This document shows, piece after piece, positions 18,550 to 28,123 of a stretch of DNA of 64,000 nt (the stretch's first letter is position 1; each line of letters opens with the position of its first letter). The notes beneath the pieces are model-generated. The model ran no database searches. It was not told the origin of the DNA and was given only the letters and a program-made list of their open reading frames with translations. The DNA is from a virus. The translations under genes and the position numbers were made by a program. The stretch is taken from positions 24,032 through 88,031 of IMG/VR virus record IMGVR_UViG_3300009509_000008; one strand, written 5' to 3'.

Positions 18550-20492
18550 TGTTTGACTACCACCGCATACCGGCCCGACGAGCTGATACTGGCGGGCGTG
18601 TCGTCAACGGAATGGCTCTTCAGGGTGTTCACTACCCGTCCCCATTCTTTGACGTAGCGCACACGTATCTTCCTGCGACGATCAAGCAGATGTTCAGGTG
18701 GTGCAGATACTACTACCTCACGAATCCACTGATCGCTGCGACAGTCAACAAGATGGCCGAGTACCCAATCACGGACATCATTGTTGACGAGGACAACCAA
18801 GGGCTGAAGGAGAAGTGGGAGCGCTTCTTCGAGGACACCGTCCAGCTCAGGCCATTCCTCATCGAAGCTGGCCTGTTCTTCATGTGCTACGGAAACGCAA
18901 TGATCTCAATCAGCCACCCATTCATCAAGTGGCTGATTTGTCCGCACTGCCGCAAGAAGGTGCAAGCAACCAAAGCCAAGTTCCAGTTCCGGGAGACTCG
19001 ATTCTACCTACACTGTCCTCACTGCGGGGAGACCGGGGACGCAACGGCGTATGATCAGTACCTTCGCAGCCCAGACAAGATGCGGCTCATCCTCTGGAAT
19101 CCGGAGGACATCGAGCTCACCTACAACGACCTGACAGGAGAGACGAGGTACTACTACAGCGTTCCTCCGAAGCTCAAGAACCAGATCACCATGGGGAAGC
19201 GGGACATCGTCTGCAATATCCCACAGATCTTCATCGACTCTGTGAAGATGGAGAAGGCAGTCGTCATATCCCCAGACAATATCTTCCACTTCAAGCGCCC
19301 TTCCATCCTCACCGGACATCGGGATCGTGGATGGGGCGTCCCGATGATTCTGTCGGTGTTGAAGGATGTCTTCTACCTGCAGCTGATGAAGAAGGCGCAG
19401 GAGGCCATACTGCTCGAGCGCATCATCCCGCTCACGGTGATGTTCCCACAGCCTGGATCTGGTACGTCGGACCCATTCACTACTGTCAACCTACAGCAGT
19501 GGAAGGATCAGGTGGCCAGAGAGATCCAGAGGTGGCGTATCGACCGGAATTACATACCGATCATGCCGCTGCCCATTGGACACCAGGTCATCGGGGGAGA
19601 TGGCCGGGCCCTACTCATGAGCCAGGAGATCAAGATCTGGAGCGATCAGATCGTTGCTGGGATGGGCGTTCCGAACGAGTTCGTCTACGGTGGCCTACAG
19701 TGGAGCGGATCGAACGTGTCGATGCGCATGCTCGAGAACCAGTTCCTCGGGTACATTGCAGACCTCAGTCGGTTTGTTCGCACGTTCCTGGTGCCCAAAG
19801 TCAGCGCATGGCTTGGGTGGTCAAAGATCACGGCAAGGTTCAAGCCGTTCAAGATGGCTGATGACCTTCAGCGAAAGGCGCTGTACCTCCAGCTCAACCA
19901 GGGCGGGAAGATCAGCGACACGACTCTACTGCAGGACAGCGACTTCAATCCTGACGATGAGAATGAGCTCATGGCCAGCGAGACGGAGCAGCGGCTGCAG
20001 GCTGTCAAGAAGCAGCAGCTCGCTGAGGCCGAGATCCAAGGTGAGATGATGTTGCTGCAGGCCAAGTATCAAGCCAAGGCTCAAGTTGCGCAGCAGCAGG
20101 AGATGATGCAGGCCCAGCAGGGAGCGTCGGAGGCTGCTCCTGGAGAACCTGCCGAGATGGTTGGGTCTGAGCCAGTTCCAGGTGGAGCAGCTCCTCCTGG
20201 TCAACAGGGGGCTGGGCCGCCACCTGGGCCGCCATCAGGCATGCCGGGGGGACAACCACCGCCGGGCGTTCCTCCGCAGGAGATCGTCATGCAGCTGGCT
20301 CAGCGGCTGATGGCCATGGATCCTGAGGCGCAGCGCATGGCTATCCAGTCGTTGGCTCAACGAAGTCCCGAGCTTGCACGTGCGGTCATCCAGGTACTCC
20401 GCCAGACCATGGGTGCTGGAGGAGGCTCTGCTGGACTTCCCCTCCCGGAGCAGAGACCTCCCCGGCGTGGCCCAGAATCGGCGATCATATAG
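18549..20492 (+). CDS. portal protein
   Basis: YYYLTNPLIAATVNK, NIFHFK..GWGVP, IVAGMGVP..F; portal-like size and motif order; Q/P/G-rich tail. Confidence 0.75.
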   Translation: MFDYHRIPARRADTGGRVVNGMALQGVHYPSPFFDVAHTYLPATIKQMFRWCRYYYLTNPLIAATVNKMAEYPITDIIVDEDNQGLKEKWERFFEDTVQLRPFLIEAGLFFMCYGNAMISISHPFIKWLICPHCRKKVQATKAKFQFRETRFYLHCPHCGETGDATAYDQYLRSPDKMRLILWNPEDIELTYNDLTGETRYYYSVPPKLKNQITMGKRDIVCNIPQIFIDSVKMEKAVVISPDNIFHFKRPSILTGHRDRGWGVPMILSVLKDVFYLQLMKKAQEAILLERIIPLTVMFPQPGSGTSDPFTTVNLQQWKDQVAREIQRWRIDRNYIPIMPLPIGHQVIGGDGRALLMSQEIKIWSDQIVAGMGVPNEFVYGGLQWSGSNVSMRMLENQFLGYIADLSRFVRTFLVPKVSAWLGWSKITARFKPFKMADDLQRKALYLQLNQGGKISDTTLLQDSDFNPDDENELMASETEQRLQAVKKQQLAEAEIQGEMMLLQAKYQAKAQVAQQQEMMQAQQGASEAAPGEPAEMVGSEPVPGGAAPPGQQGAGPPPGPPSGMPGGQPPPGVPPQEIVMQLAQRLMAMDPEAQRMAIQSLAQRSPELARAVIQVLRQTMGAGGGSAGLPLPEQRPPRRGPESAII

Positions 20493-20493
20493 A

Positions 20494-20537
20494 GCTAAAA
20501 ACAGATGCCGGCCGAGCACTAGCCAGACCGGCACCTG
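20494..20537 (-). terminator. hairpin + TTTTTAGC
   Basis: CAGGTGCCGG-N16-CCGGCATCTG then TTTTTAGC. Confidence 0.7.
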
Positions 20538-20543
20538 CGGCTC

Positions 20544-20669
20544 TCAGGGTTCCTTCTCTTGGTCCCCCTCCCGCTCTGCCCTCCTCCGTTCAGCCTCCCG
20601 CATGATCAGATACTTTGATACCTGAGTTAGAAATACAGAGATGAACGAGAGGAGGAATAGCTCTACCAC
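20544..20669 (-). CDS. 41-aa single-TM peptide
   Basis: Not in track: MVELFLLSFISVFLTQVSKYLIMREAERRRAEREGDQEKEP; GTG overlaps upstream stop, GAGG RBS, ends just before the terminator. Confidence 0.5.
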   Translation of the reverse strand: MVELFLLSFISVFLTQVSKYLIMREAERRRAEREGDQEKEP

Positions 20670-20842
20670 TTCCTCTCATCATCGTCATTCGATGACGACC
20701 CCAATGGGGCAGAGAGGTCTACCGCTCCTCCTCTACCTCCTCCTAGAACAAGATCGTTCTCCATGCTCGAAAAGAAATCGTTCGAGCTCCATCCACTCTC
20801 CTGCTCTGACTTGACAGTCTTGTCCTGATCCTCTCTCACCAT
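20663..20842 (-). CDS. small acidic protein
   Basis: AAGGAAGGTG before ATG 20842; lies inside an ATAAG...TTTTTAGC unit. Confidence 0.5.
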   Translation of the reverse strand: MVREDQDKTVKSEQESGWSSNDFFSSMENDLVLGGGRGGAVDLSAPLGSSSNDDDERKW

Positions 20843-20896
20843 TTCCAATCACCTTCCTTGAGCCGTTGAGAGCTGGGATCTAAGCACTTGACCGTC

Positions 20897-20911
20897 TAAA
20901 TCACTTATAGC
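20897..20911 (-). promoter_or_regulatory. putative phage promoter (ATAAG class)
   Basis: GCTATAAGTGATTTA. Confidence 0.6.
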
Positions 20912-20918
20912 GAATTCA

Positions 20919-20948
20919 TTGACCAACCTATCTGTAGGCTGCTACATT
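20919..20948 (+). promoter_or_regulatory. sigma70-like promoter of the RNAP operon
   Basis: TTGACC-N18-TACATT with extended TG, 29 nt before the ATG. Confidence 0.55.
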
Positions 20949-20977
20949 GAATTTCAGCAGACATATAGGAGAGATCG

Positions 20978-23900
20978 ATGGCAAGACTCGATCCCCGAGA
21001 GGGCTTTGACGTTCTCAAGGACAGGGTAACCGAGGCCATTTCGAGCAACTTCCCGCAAGAGGGAAGGTTCCATACGATAGAGCTCGAAGGCGTGCAGATC
21101 AAGGATGATCTGGACATAAATGATATCGAGAGCCAGAAGAAGGCTAAGCTTCGTGGAACTACCTTCGGCGTTCCGGTGACGGCCACCATGGTCTTGAAGG
21201 ACAAGGCCTCCGGAAAGGTGATCGAGAAGAAGACGCTGAAGGTTGCTACCCTTCCCAAGTACACCAGAAGACATTCGTTCATCGTCAAGGGCTCGGAATA
21301 CCAAGTCGACAGCCAATGGCGGCTGAAGCCTGGGATCTACACCAGGGTGGCTCAGAACGGTGAGCTTCAATCTCGATTCAACTTCCAAGGCAAGCAAGCT
21401 TTGGATATGACCTTTGATCCGAAGACCAAGGTGTTCAGGATGAAGCACGGAGGATCTAAGCCTCCGCTGTACCCAATCCTCAAGGCGGTCGGAGTAGATG
21501 ACGACACGATGCAGGCCGCTTGGGGTAAGGATATCCTGAACGCAAACAAGACAACCCCGAAGGGAAAGTCGCTCAACGTAGAGAAGCAGGCTGTGAACTT
21601 CGCTAAGCGCCTCGATCCACGAGCCGACATCAACTCGTTTGACGATGCGTCTGACGTTATTCGCAGCTACATGGAGGATGCCGAGCTCCGTGAAGACGTT
21701 ACCAAGCTGACTCTCGGCAAGGGCTTCAAGAAGATCACGCCGGAGGTGCTTACACGATCCTCCAAGAGGCTGCTCGGCGTAGCTCGTGGCGACGAGAAAC
21801 CGGATGTCCGTGACGCCTTGATGTTCAAGGACCTGCTCAGCGTCGAGGACTTTATAGCTGAGCGTATGGGCGAGGGTACTAAGACCATTCAGCGGAGAAT
21901 CGGAAACAATCTAGACCGGCGCAACACCCTCCGTGAGATCGTCGGTCCCGATGTTTTTGACAAACCCATAAGAGAGTTCTTCTCCAAGAGCTCGCTTGCC
22001 AACACCCCGCAGCAGACGAACCCGCTCGAGATGCTAAGTGGCCAGCAGAGAACGACCATAACAGGCGAGGGTGGGGTCAAGGATGCCCACAAGATCATGG
22101 AGGACGCCAAGCTGGTGGACCCATCACACTTTGGTATCCTCGACCCACTCCACACACCAGAGTCCGATAAGACTGGTGTGTCGCTCCACCTCAGCACCAG
22201 CGCTGTGAAGAAGGGCAAGACCGTAGCTCTACCGCTCGTCAACGTGAAGACTGGAAAGGTAGAGCTCCTCGATCCCAAGCAGATCAACGAGTCAGTCATT
22301 GCCATGCCGGACGAGGGTCGGTGGAAGGACAACAGGTGGGTTCCAGGAGGAAGGAAGGTCAAGGCTTCTGTTCCGGGAAACGAGATCAGAGAGGTCAATT
22401 CCAAGGACGTCAAGTACGTCATGGGCAACACCGGCCAGATGTTCTCGATTGCTACGAACATGGTTCCGTTTCTGAACTCCGACTCGCCGAACCGCTCCAC
22501 GATGGCAGGTAGGCACATGGAGCAGGCGATACCGCTCAAGAATCCAGAGGCCCCGCTGGTCCAGTCGGATCGAGGAGATGGAAGATCGTACGACGAGTTC
22601 GTCGGCCGCTACGCTTCGCATGAGGCCCCTGTTGCTGGGAAGGTGACTAAGGTCGAACCTGGCGCCATCCATATCAAGGGGGCAGATGGGAAGAGCCAGA
22701 AGGTTCAGATCTACGACAACTATCCGCTGAACGACAAGAAGGGCGTCCTACACAGCACCCCAAAGGTCAAGGTGGGGGACCAGGTAAAGTCTGGCCAGCT
22801 CATCGCTGACAGTAACTACACCAAGGACGGAGTCTACGCACCTGGCACCAACATGCGTGTTGGATACACTCCGTGGAAAGGCTACAACTTCGAGGACGGT
22901 GTTGTGATCTCGGAGACCGCCGCTCAGAAACTAACCTCCGAGCACCTGTACAAAAAGAGCCTCTCTACCAAAGAGGCTCAGGCTGTAGGTCTGAAGAAGT
23001 TCATGGCCAACAAGTCCACGTCTCTCACCAAGGAGCAGATGGAAAAGCTCGGAGACGACGGGATCATCAAGCCAGGCATGAAGGTTCACAAGGGGGACAC
23101 GCTGATAGCGGCACTGGCAGAGAGGGCACCAACAACTGAAGCGCAGATGTTGAAGAACCTCCATCGAAGCCTGGCCAACCCCTACGACAACAGATCGATC
23201 ACCTGGGACGAGGATCACGAAGGTGAGGTGGTCTCGATCAGCAAGAAGGGGAAGAACATACAAGTCCACGTTCGCACAGCCGAGTCCATGCAGGTTGGCG
23301 ACAAGCTCGTAGGTCGTCACGGAAACAAGGGAATCGTCACACGCATTCTCCCAGATCATGAGATGCCGCAGACGGAGGACGGCAAGTCCCTCGAGGTGGT
23401 CATGAATCCAATCGGCATCGCTGGTCGGATGAATGTTGGCCAGGTCCTCGAGACCGCAGCTGGTAAGCTGGCTGAGAAGGAGGGCAAGCCCTATAAGGTT
23501 CAGAACTTTGGCGAAGGCGATAACCGAACCAAGGTGGAGAAGGATCTGAAGAAAGCAAAGATCGCCGACAAAGAGACAATCATCGATCCGGTGAACAACA
23601 AGAAAATCCCCGGCGTTCTGGTGGGCAACCAGTACATTCTCAAGCTCCAGCACCAGGTCGACAAGAAGATGATGGCTCGATCAAGGGACGGGTACGACAG
23701 AAACCTCGTGCCCAAGGGTGGAGGACATCACGGAGCTCAGGCGCTCGGTTCCCTTGGAATCTATGCCATGCTGGCTCACGGAGCTAAGGCCAACGTCCGT
23801 GAGATGCAGACGATGAAGAGTGACAAAGCTCAGAACGACGAGGTCTGGGCTGCACTCCAAGCCGGGGAGCCGATCCCTCCCCCACAAACGACCTTCGCCT

Positions 23901-26900
23901 ACAAGAAGTTCGAGTCCTACCTAAAGGGTATGGGGATCAACGTAGAGAAGACAGGCAACTCCCTGAACCTCATGCCTATGACCGACAAGCAGGTTGTCGA
24001 AATGTCGAACGGAGAGCTCAAGGATGCTGGTCGAGCGATCCGTGGGTACAAGATCGGCTCCCAGCGCAAGGGGAACATAGAGCCGGAGAAGAGTGGGCTC
24101 TTTGATCCTAGGGTCACCGGCGGCCTCGACGGGATGAAGTGGAGCCACATATCCCTGAAGGAACCGATACCGAACCCGGTCTTCGAGCGTGCTGTCAAGA
24201 GCGTGGCGGGGGTGAGGGGCCCTCAGTTCAACAGGATTATCAGCGGCGAAGACGGTGTGAAGGACGGAAATATCGTGCCCCGTGGTACCAAGGGTGCGAC
24301 GTTCGGTCCTCAGGCTATTGGATTGCTGCTCGACCAGGTGGATGTCAAGGGCGATCTCACCAAGCTGGAGCAAAAGATCGGCACGATGAAGGAGGGCCAG
24401 CCGCTAAATGAGGCTCGCCGAAAGATCAAGTACCTTCGTGCGCTGGACAAGCTGAACATGTCACCACGAGATGCGTACATGATGAAGAACGTGCCGGTGA
24501 TGCCACCGGCCATGAGGCCGCTGTCTACCATGCAGGACGGAAGTCTGCAGTTCGACGACCTCAACCAGCTGTACAAAGACGTAGCTCTCCTAGATCAGCA
24601 GCTGCGTGAGCAGCCGAGTTACTCTCCGGAGAGCATCAAGGCAGAGCCTCGTTCCGACCTATACGATAGGATGAAAGCGCTCACTGGTATGGGCGGCACA
24701 CTCAAGGACAGGTACAAGGGAATCGCCAACATCATATCAGGGGATAGTCCAAAGTACGGGTTCGCTCAAGACAAGCTGATCAAGAGAAAGCAGGACCTCA
24801 CGATGAGGTCTACCATCGTGCCTGAGCCGTCGCTAAGCCTCGACGACATTGCTATCCCACGCAAGGCAGCTACCGAGCTGTACAAGCCGTTCGTCGTTCG
24901 TGAGATGCGAGTAGCAACTGGTATGGGCCCGCTAACCGCCAAGCAGCTCCTTGAGAAAGATCCGGACCACCCAATGGTAAGGACGGCGCTCGATCGTGTC
25001 GTCGACGAACGTCCTCTCCTCGTGAAGCGTGATCCAGCACTGCACAAGTACAACATCCAGGCGTTTCGTCCGAAGCTCGTTGAGGGTAAAGCGATCAAGA
25101 TCCATCCGCTTGTTTGCTCTGGGTACAACGCCGACTTCGATGGCGACACAATGAGCGCCTACGTCCCAATGACCAATGAGGCGGTAGACGAAGCTCGCAA
25201 GATGTTTCCATCAAGGATACTGTTCAACCCGGCGACAGCCCGAGTGATGTACAGCCCGTCGCACGAAGCTCAGGTGGGCCTGTACATGAAGAGCGAAGTC
25301 GGCAAGAACTCGAGGCTCAGCTTCAACAACAACGAGGAGCTGAAGAAGGCCGTGACGGCTGGAAAGTTGGCGTCCAATGACATCGCTACGGTGGGTAAGG
25401 TCAAAACTACTCTGGATCGTATTGAGCTCGATTCTGCACTGCCGGAGAAGCTCCAAGGAGGCAAGCTCCTCACAGATCTGAAGTACCGGTTCACGAAGAG
25501 CGAACAAAACGATCTCTTCGGAGAGATGGCTAGGGCTGATAAGAACGGGTACGCCCAGAACATCGATCGCATGAAGGACATGGGGAACATGCGTGCGACC
25601 CACGGCGGATTCAGCTTCGGCCTCGAGGACTTCAAGGTCCACAAGAATATACGTGATCCACTCCTACGAACCGCAGACGCCAAGGCTGCCAAGCTGAATC
25701 TTGACAAGCCACAGGACATGGAGAAGTTCGTCGAGATTTACGAAGGCGCCATGAAGAAGATGCAGAGCAAGCTCAAGGATCAAGCCAAGGCTGGTGTGAA
25801 TCCGATCGACAAGCTCGAGGTCTCGGCTGGCATCAAGGGCAAGGGCTACGCCCAGCTGACTGGGGCGCCTGTGCTGTTCGTGGACGCCAAGGGAGAAGTC
25901 GTTCCGAGCCCAGTGAAGAAGTCCTACTCAGAGGGTCTGAGCGCAGCAGACTACTGGGCATCCGCAAGTGGAGGTCGGAAGGGAGTGGTGCAGAAGGTCC
26001 AGTCCGTCTCCGAGCCTGGGTATCTCACCAAGCTCATGATGAACAGCACTATGGACACGCTGATATCCAAGGAGGACTGTGGTACCGACAAGGGCATCAG
26101 CTTAGGTCTCGATGAGCCGGACATCGTTGGGCGCTTCACAACCTCGGCAGTGAAGGCGGGGCGCACTACTATCCCAGAGAACACAATGCTCACCCCAGAG
26201 GTTGTCAACAAGATGCGGAACGCCAAGGTGTCCAGGGTCTTGGTCCGCTCACCAATGAGATGCCACCACGCCAAGGGTGTGTGCAAGAAGTGTATGGGGC
26301 TGAACGAGAACGGGCAGCTCCACGATCTTGGGACGAATGTCGGGGTGCTGTCAGCACAGGCTATCGGTGAGAGAGGAACCCAGTTGGCGATGAAGGCCTT
26401 CCACAGCGGTGGCGTATTCGAGGGACGTACAGCTCAAGAGAAGTCCATCGCTGGTGGTGGGCTCGACAGAGCCATGACGATCCTGCACATGCCGAAGCAG
26501 GTGAAGGGATCGGCCAAGCTTGCCACAACGAACGGAAAGATAACGGCCATCAAGAAGGACCCAGCAGGTGGGTACAACGTTGTGATCGGTGATCAGACAC
26601 ACTACGTTCCTGCAGATCGTAATATCCTGACTAAGGTGAGGAAGGGCGCTACGGTAAAGAAGGGTGACCCCATCACGTCTGGTCCGATCAATCCGCATGA
26701 ACTGCTACCGCTCACCAACATGAACAAGGTGCAGGGCTACCTAGCATCAGAGCTACACAGCATTTATGCTCCGGAGGGCATCCGAAGAAGGAACTCGGAG
26801 GTCGTAGTTCGAGCCTTGTCAGATGTCACAAAGATCGAAAACCCTGGGGACAACGAGGATTTCATCGTTGGGGATTTCGCTCCCACATCAGTCATCAACG

Positions 26901-27157
26901 AGTGGAACAAGAAGAATCGAAAGCAGGGACGGCTACCAGTTCGGCACACACCAGTGCTCAAAGGAGTGAAACAGATTCCATTGGATGTGCAGACCGACTG
27001 GCTAGCTCGATTGAATCACGAGAACTTGCGGGGTACTATCGTAGATGCGGCCCAGCAAGGCTGGGCAAGTCAGCTTCATGGCGATCACCCGATCCCTCCG
27101 CTGATCTACGGAGCCGAATTCGGGAAGGGAACGAAGGAGAAGCCGTGGGCCTACTAG
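20978..27157 (+). CDS. rpoBC: single-chain beta+beta' DNA-directed RNA polymerase
   Basis: beta motifs HTPES, GYNFEDG, GDKLVGRHGNKG, RMNVGQVLE, YILKLQH; beta' motifs VPVMPPAMRP, RDPALH, NADFDGD (25127-25147), bridge helix GGRKG...GYLTK, trigger loop GERGTQLAMKAFHSGG. Confidence 0.97.
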   Translation: MARLDPREGFDVLKDRVTEAISSNFPQEGRFHTIELEGVQIKDDLDINDIESQKKAKLRGTTFGVPVTATMVLKDKASGKVIEKKTLKVATLPKYTRRHSFIVKGSEYQVDSQWRLKPGIYTRVAQNGELQSRFNFQGKQALDMTFDPKTKVFRMKHGGSKPPLYPILKAVGVDDDTMQAAWGKDILNANKTTPKGKSLNVEKQAVNFAKRLDPRADINSFDDASDVIRSYMEDAELREDVTKLTLGKGFKKITPEVLTRSSKRLLGVARGDEKPDVRDALMFKDLLSVEDFIAERMGEGTKTIQRRIGNNLDRRNTLREIVGPDVFDKPIREFFSKSSLANTPQQTNPLEMLSGQQRTTITGEGGVKDAHKIMEDAKLVDPSHFGILDPLHTPESDKTGVSLHLSTSAVKKGKTVALPLVNVKTGKVELLDPKQINESVIAMPDEGRWKDNRWVPGGRKVKASVPGNEIREVNSKDVKYVMGNTGQMFSIATNMVPFLNSDSPNRSTMAGRHMEQAIPLKNPEAPLVQSDRGDGRSYDEFVGRYASHEAPVAGKVTKVEPGAIHIKGADGKSQKVQIYDNYPLNDKKGVLHSTPKVKVGDQVKSGQLIADSNYTKDGVYAPGTNMRVGYTPWKGYNFEDGVVISETAAQKLTSEHLYKKSLSTKEAQAVGLKKFMANKSTSLTKEQMEKLGDDGIIKPGMKVHKGDTLIAALAERAPTTEAQMLKNLHRSLANPYDNRSITWDEDHEGEVVSISKKGKNIQVHVRTAESMQVGDKLVGRHGNKGIVTRILPDHEMPQTEDGKSLEVVMNPIGIAGRMNVGQVLETAAGKLAEKEGKPYKVQNFGEGDNRTKVEKDLKKAKIADKETIIDPVNNKKIPGVLVGNQYILKLQHQVDKKMMARSRDGYDRNLVPKGGGHHGAQALGSLGIYAMLAHGAKANVREMQTMKSDKAQNDEVWAALQAGEPIPPPQTTFAYKKFESYLKGMGINVEKTGNSLNLMPMTDKQVVEMSNGELKDAGRAIRGYKIGSQRKGNIEPEKSGLFDPRVTGGLDGMKWSHISLKEPIPNPVFERAVKSVAGVRGPQFNRIISGEDGVKDGNIVPRGTKGATFGPQAIGLLLDQVDVKGDLTKLEQKIGTMKEGQPLNEARRKIKYLRALDKLNMSPRDAYMMKNVPVMPPAMRPLSTMQDGSLQFDDLNQLYKDVALLDQQLREQPSYSPESIKAEPRSDLYDRMKALTGMGGTLKDRYKGIANIISGDSPKYGFAQDKLIKRKQDLTMRSTIVPEPSLSLDDIAIPRKAATELYKPFVVREMRVATGMGPLTAKQLLEKDPDHPMVRTALDRVVDERPLLVKRDPALHKYNIQAFRPKLVEGKAIKIHPLVCSGYNADFDGDTMSAYVPMTNEAVDEARKMFPSRILFNPATARVMYSPSHEAQVGLYMKSEVGKNSRLSFNNNEELKKAVTAGKLASNDIATVGKVKTTLDRIELDSALPEKLQGGKLLTDLKYRFTKSEQNDLFGEMARADKNGYAQNIDRMKDMGNMRATHGGFSFGLEDFKVHKNIRDPLLRTADAKAAKLNLDKPQDMEKFVEIYEGAMKKMQSKLKDQAKAGVNPIDKLEVSAGIKGKGYAQLTGAPVLFVDAKGEVVPSPVKKSYSEGLSAADYWASASGGRKGVVQKVQSVSEPGYLTKLMMNSTMDTLISKEDCGTDKGISLGLDEPDIVGRFTTSAVKAGRTTIPENTMLTPEVVNKMRNAKVSRVLVRSPMRCHHAKGVCKKCMGLNENGQLHDLGTNVGVLSAQAIGERGTQLAMKAFHSGGVFEGRTAQEKSIAGGGLDRAMTILHMPKQVKGSAKLATTNGKITAIKKDPAGGYNVVIGDQTHYVPADRNILTKVRKGATVKKGDPITSGPINPHELLPLTNMNKVQGYLASELHSIYAPEGIRRRNSEVVVRALSDVTKIENPGDNEDFIVGDFAPTSVINEWNKKNRKQGRLPVRHTPVLKGVKQIPLDVQTDWLARLNHENLRGTIVDAAQQGWASQLHGDHPIPPLIYGAEFGKGTKEKPWAY

Positions 27158-27161
27158 GAGA

Positions 27162-27596
27162 GTGATCATGGACGACAGGGACTATCGGTTGGCGATGTAC
27201 CAATCCTTCTTCGATGAGCTCGCCTCGATCGAGAAGAACGCTATGCTCCAGAAAGAGGCCGTCGGTGGCTGGGGAGCAGTAACGGGCGCTCTCGGTAAGG
27301 CCAGAAAGTTCATCGGCGAGGGCGTGGGTCAGTGGAGAAAGACTGGCCTTGGCGGTGGACTCCAGACTCTGAGAGAGACTGGCCAACGAGCCGCAGGGGC
27401 AGCGCCCGAGGGAGCCGGCATGTTCCAGAGGGCTGGGCATGCGTTGTTCGGCTCCAAGGGAGGGGCGCCCGGCATCCTGCAGACCCAGATGGGACAGACT
27501 GCTGCAGCGGGACTTGGTGCGGCTGGCCTAGGCGCCGGAGCACTCGGCGGCGGAGCTCTCGCCCTGCGTGGTATGAGAGGACAGCAGCAGCAATGA
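27162..27596 (+). CDS. small glycine-zipper protein with FFDEL..KxA leader
   Basis: SFFDELASIEKNAMLQKEA; C-terminal Gly/Ala hydrophobic helix. Confidence 0.7.
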   Translation: MIMDDRDYRLAMYQSFFDELASIEKNAMLQKEAVGGWGAVTGALGKARKFIGEGVGQWRKTGLGGGLQTLRETGQRAAGAAPEGAGMFQRAGHALFGSKGGAPGILQTQMGQTAAAGLGAAGLGAGALGGGALALRGMRGQQQQ

Positions 27597-28120
27597 ACGC
27601 CTACCAGAGGGCCATGTACGAGGGGTTCTTCGAGGAGCTTCTTGATATGCAGAAGGTAGCTATGGACCACGGCCGCCTTCCGCCAACCATGATCCTCAAG
27701 CTGGCTGACTTTGCTCCTGGCGTCTCGGGGCCTGCTCTTGACTATGCCAGAGGTCTCGGAGCGAAGTCGGTGATGGATCTGGATGACAAGCAGCTGGTAG
27801 AGTTCAGCCGCAGAATGGGGCTCAACCAAGAAGCAATCGAGACGGCAATGCCCTCTGCCGCAAAGCTTCCTGGAGGGTCGCAGGCTCCGTCGTTGCCAAA
27901 GACTGTGGTAACGTCCGGTACCATGGTTGGTGGAGCTCCTGGCACCGCAGCGAAGGCTGGCTTCTTCAAGCGAATGGGCACTCGTATGAGAAGCATGAGC
28001 CCTAACCTTCGTCGGTTCGGAGGTGCGGCAGCCCTACTTGGCGGAGGCGGACTTGCGCTTGGAGGCGCAGCAGCGCTGGCAAAGAGCAGACGACAACCCC
28101 CACTTCCGCAGGCGGCCTGA
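27593..28120 (+). CDS. small glycine-zipper protein with FFEEL..KVA leader
   Basis: ATGA overlap at 27593; GFFEELLDMQKVA; C-terminal GGAAALLGGGGLALGGAAAL. Confidence 0.7.
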   Translation: MNAYQRAMYEGFFEELLDMQKVAMDHGRLPPTMILKLADFAPGVSGPALDYARGLGAKSVMDLDDKQLVEFSRRMGLNQEAIETAMPSAAKLPGGSQAPSLPKTVVTSGTMVGGAPGTAAKAGFFKRMGTRMRSMSPNLRRFGGAAALLGGGGLALGGAAALAKSRRQPPLPQAA

Positions 28121-28123
28121 TCA

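Noticed and set aside
20978-27157. Host rpoB-rpoC locus or chimeric contig
   Set aside because: No ribosomal protein neighbours, strong divergence, and seamless phage context
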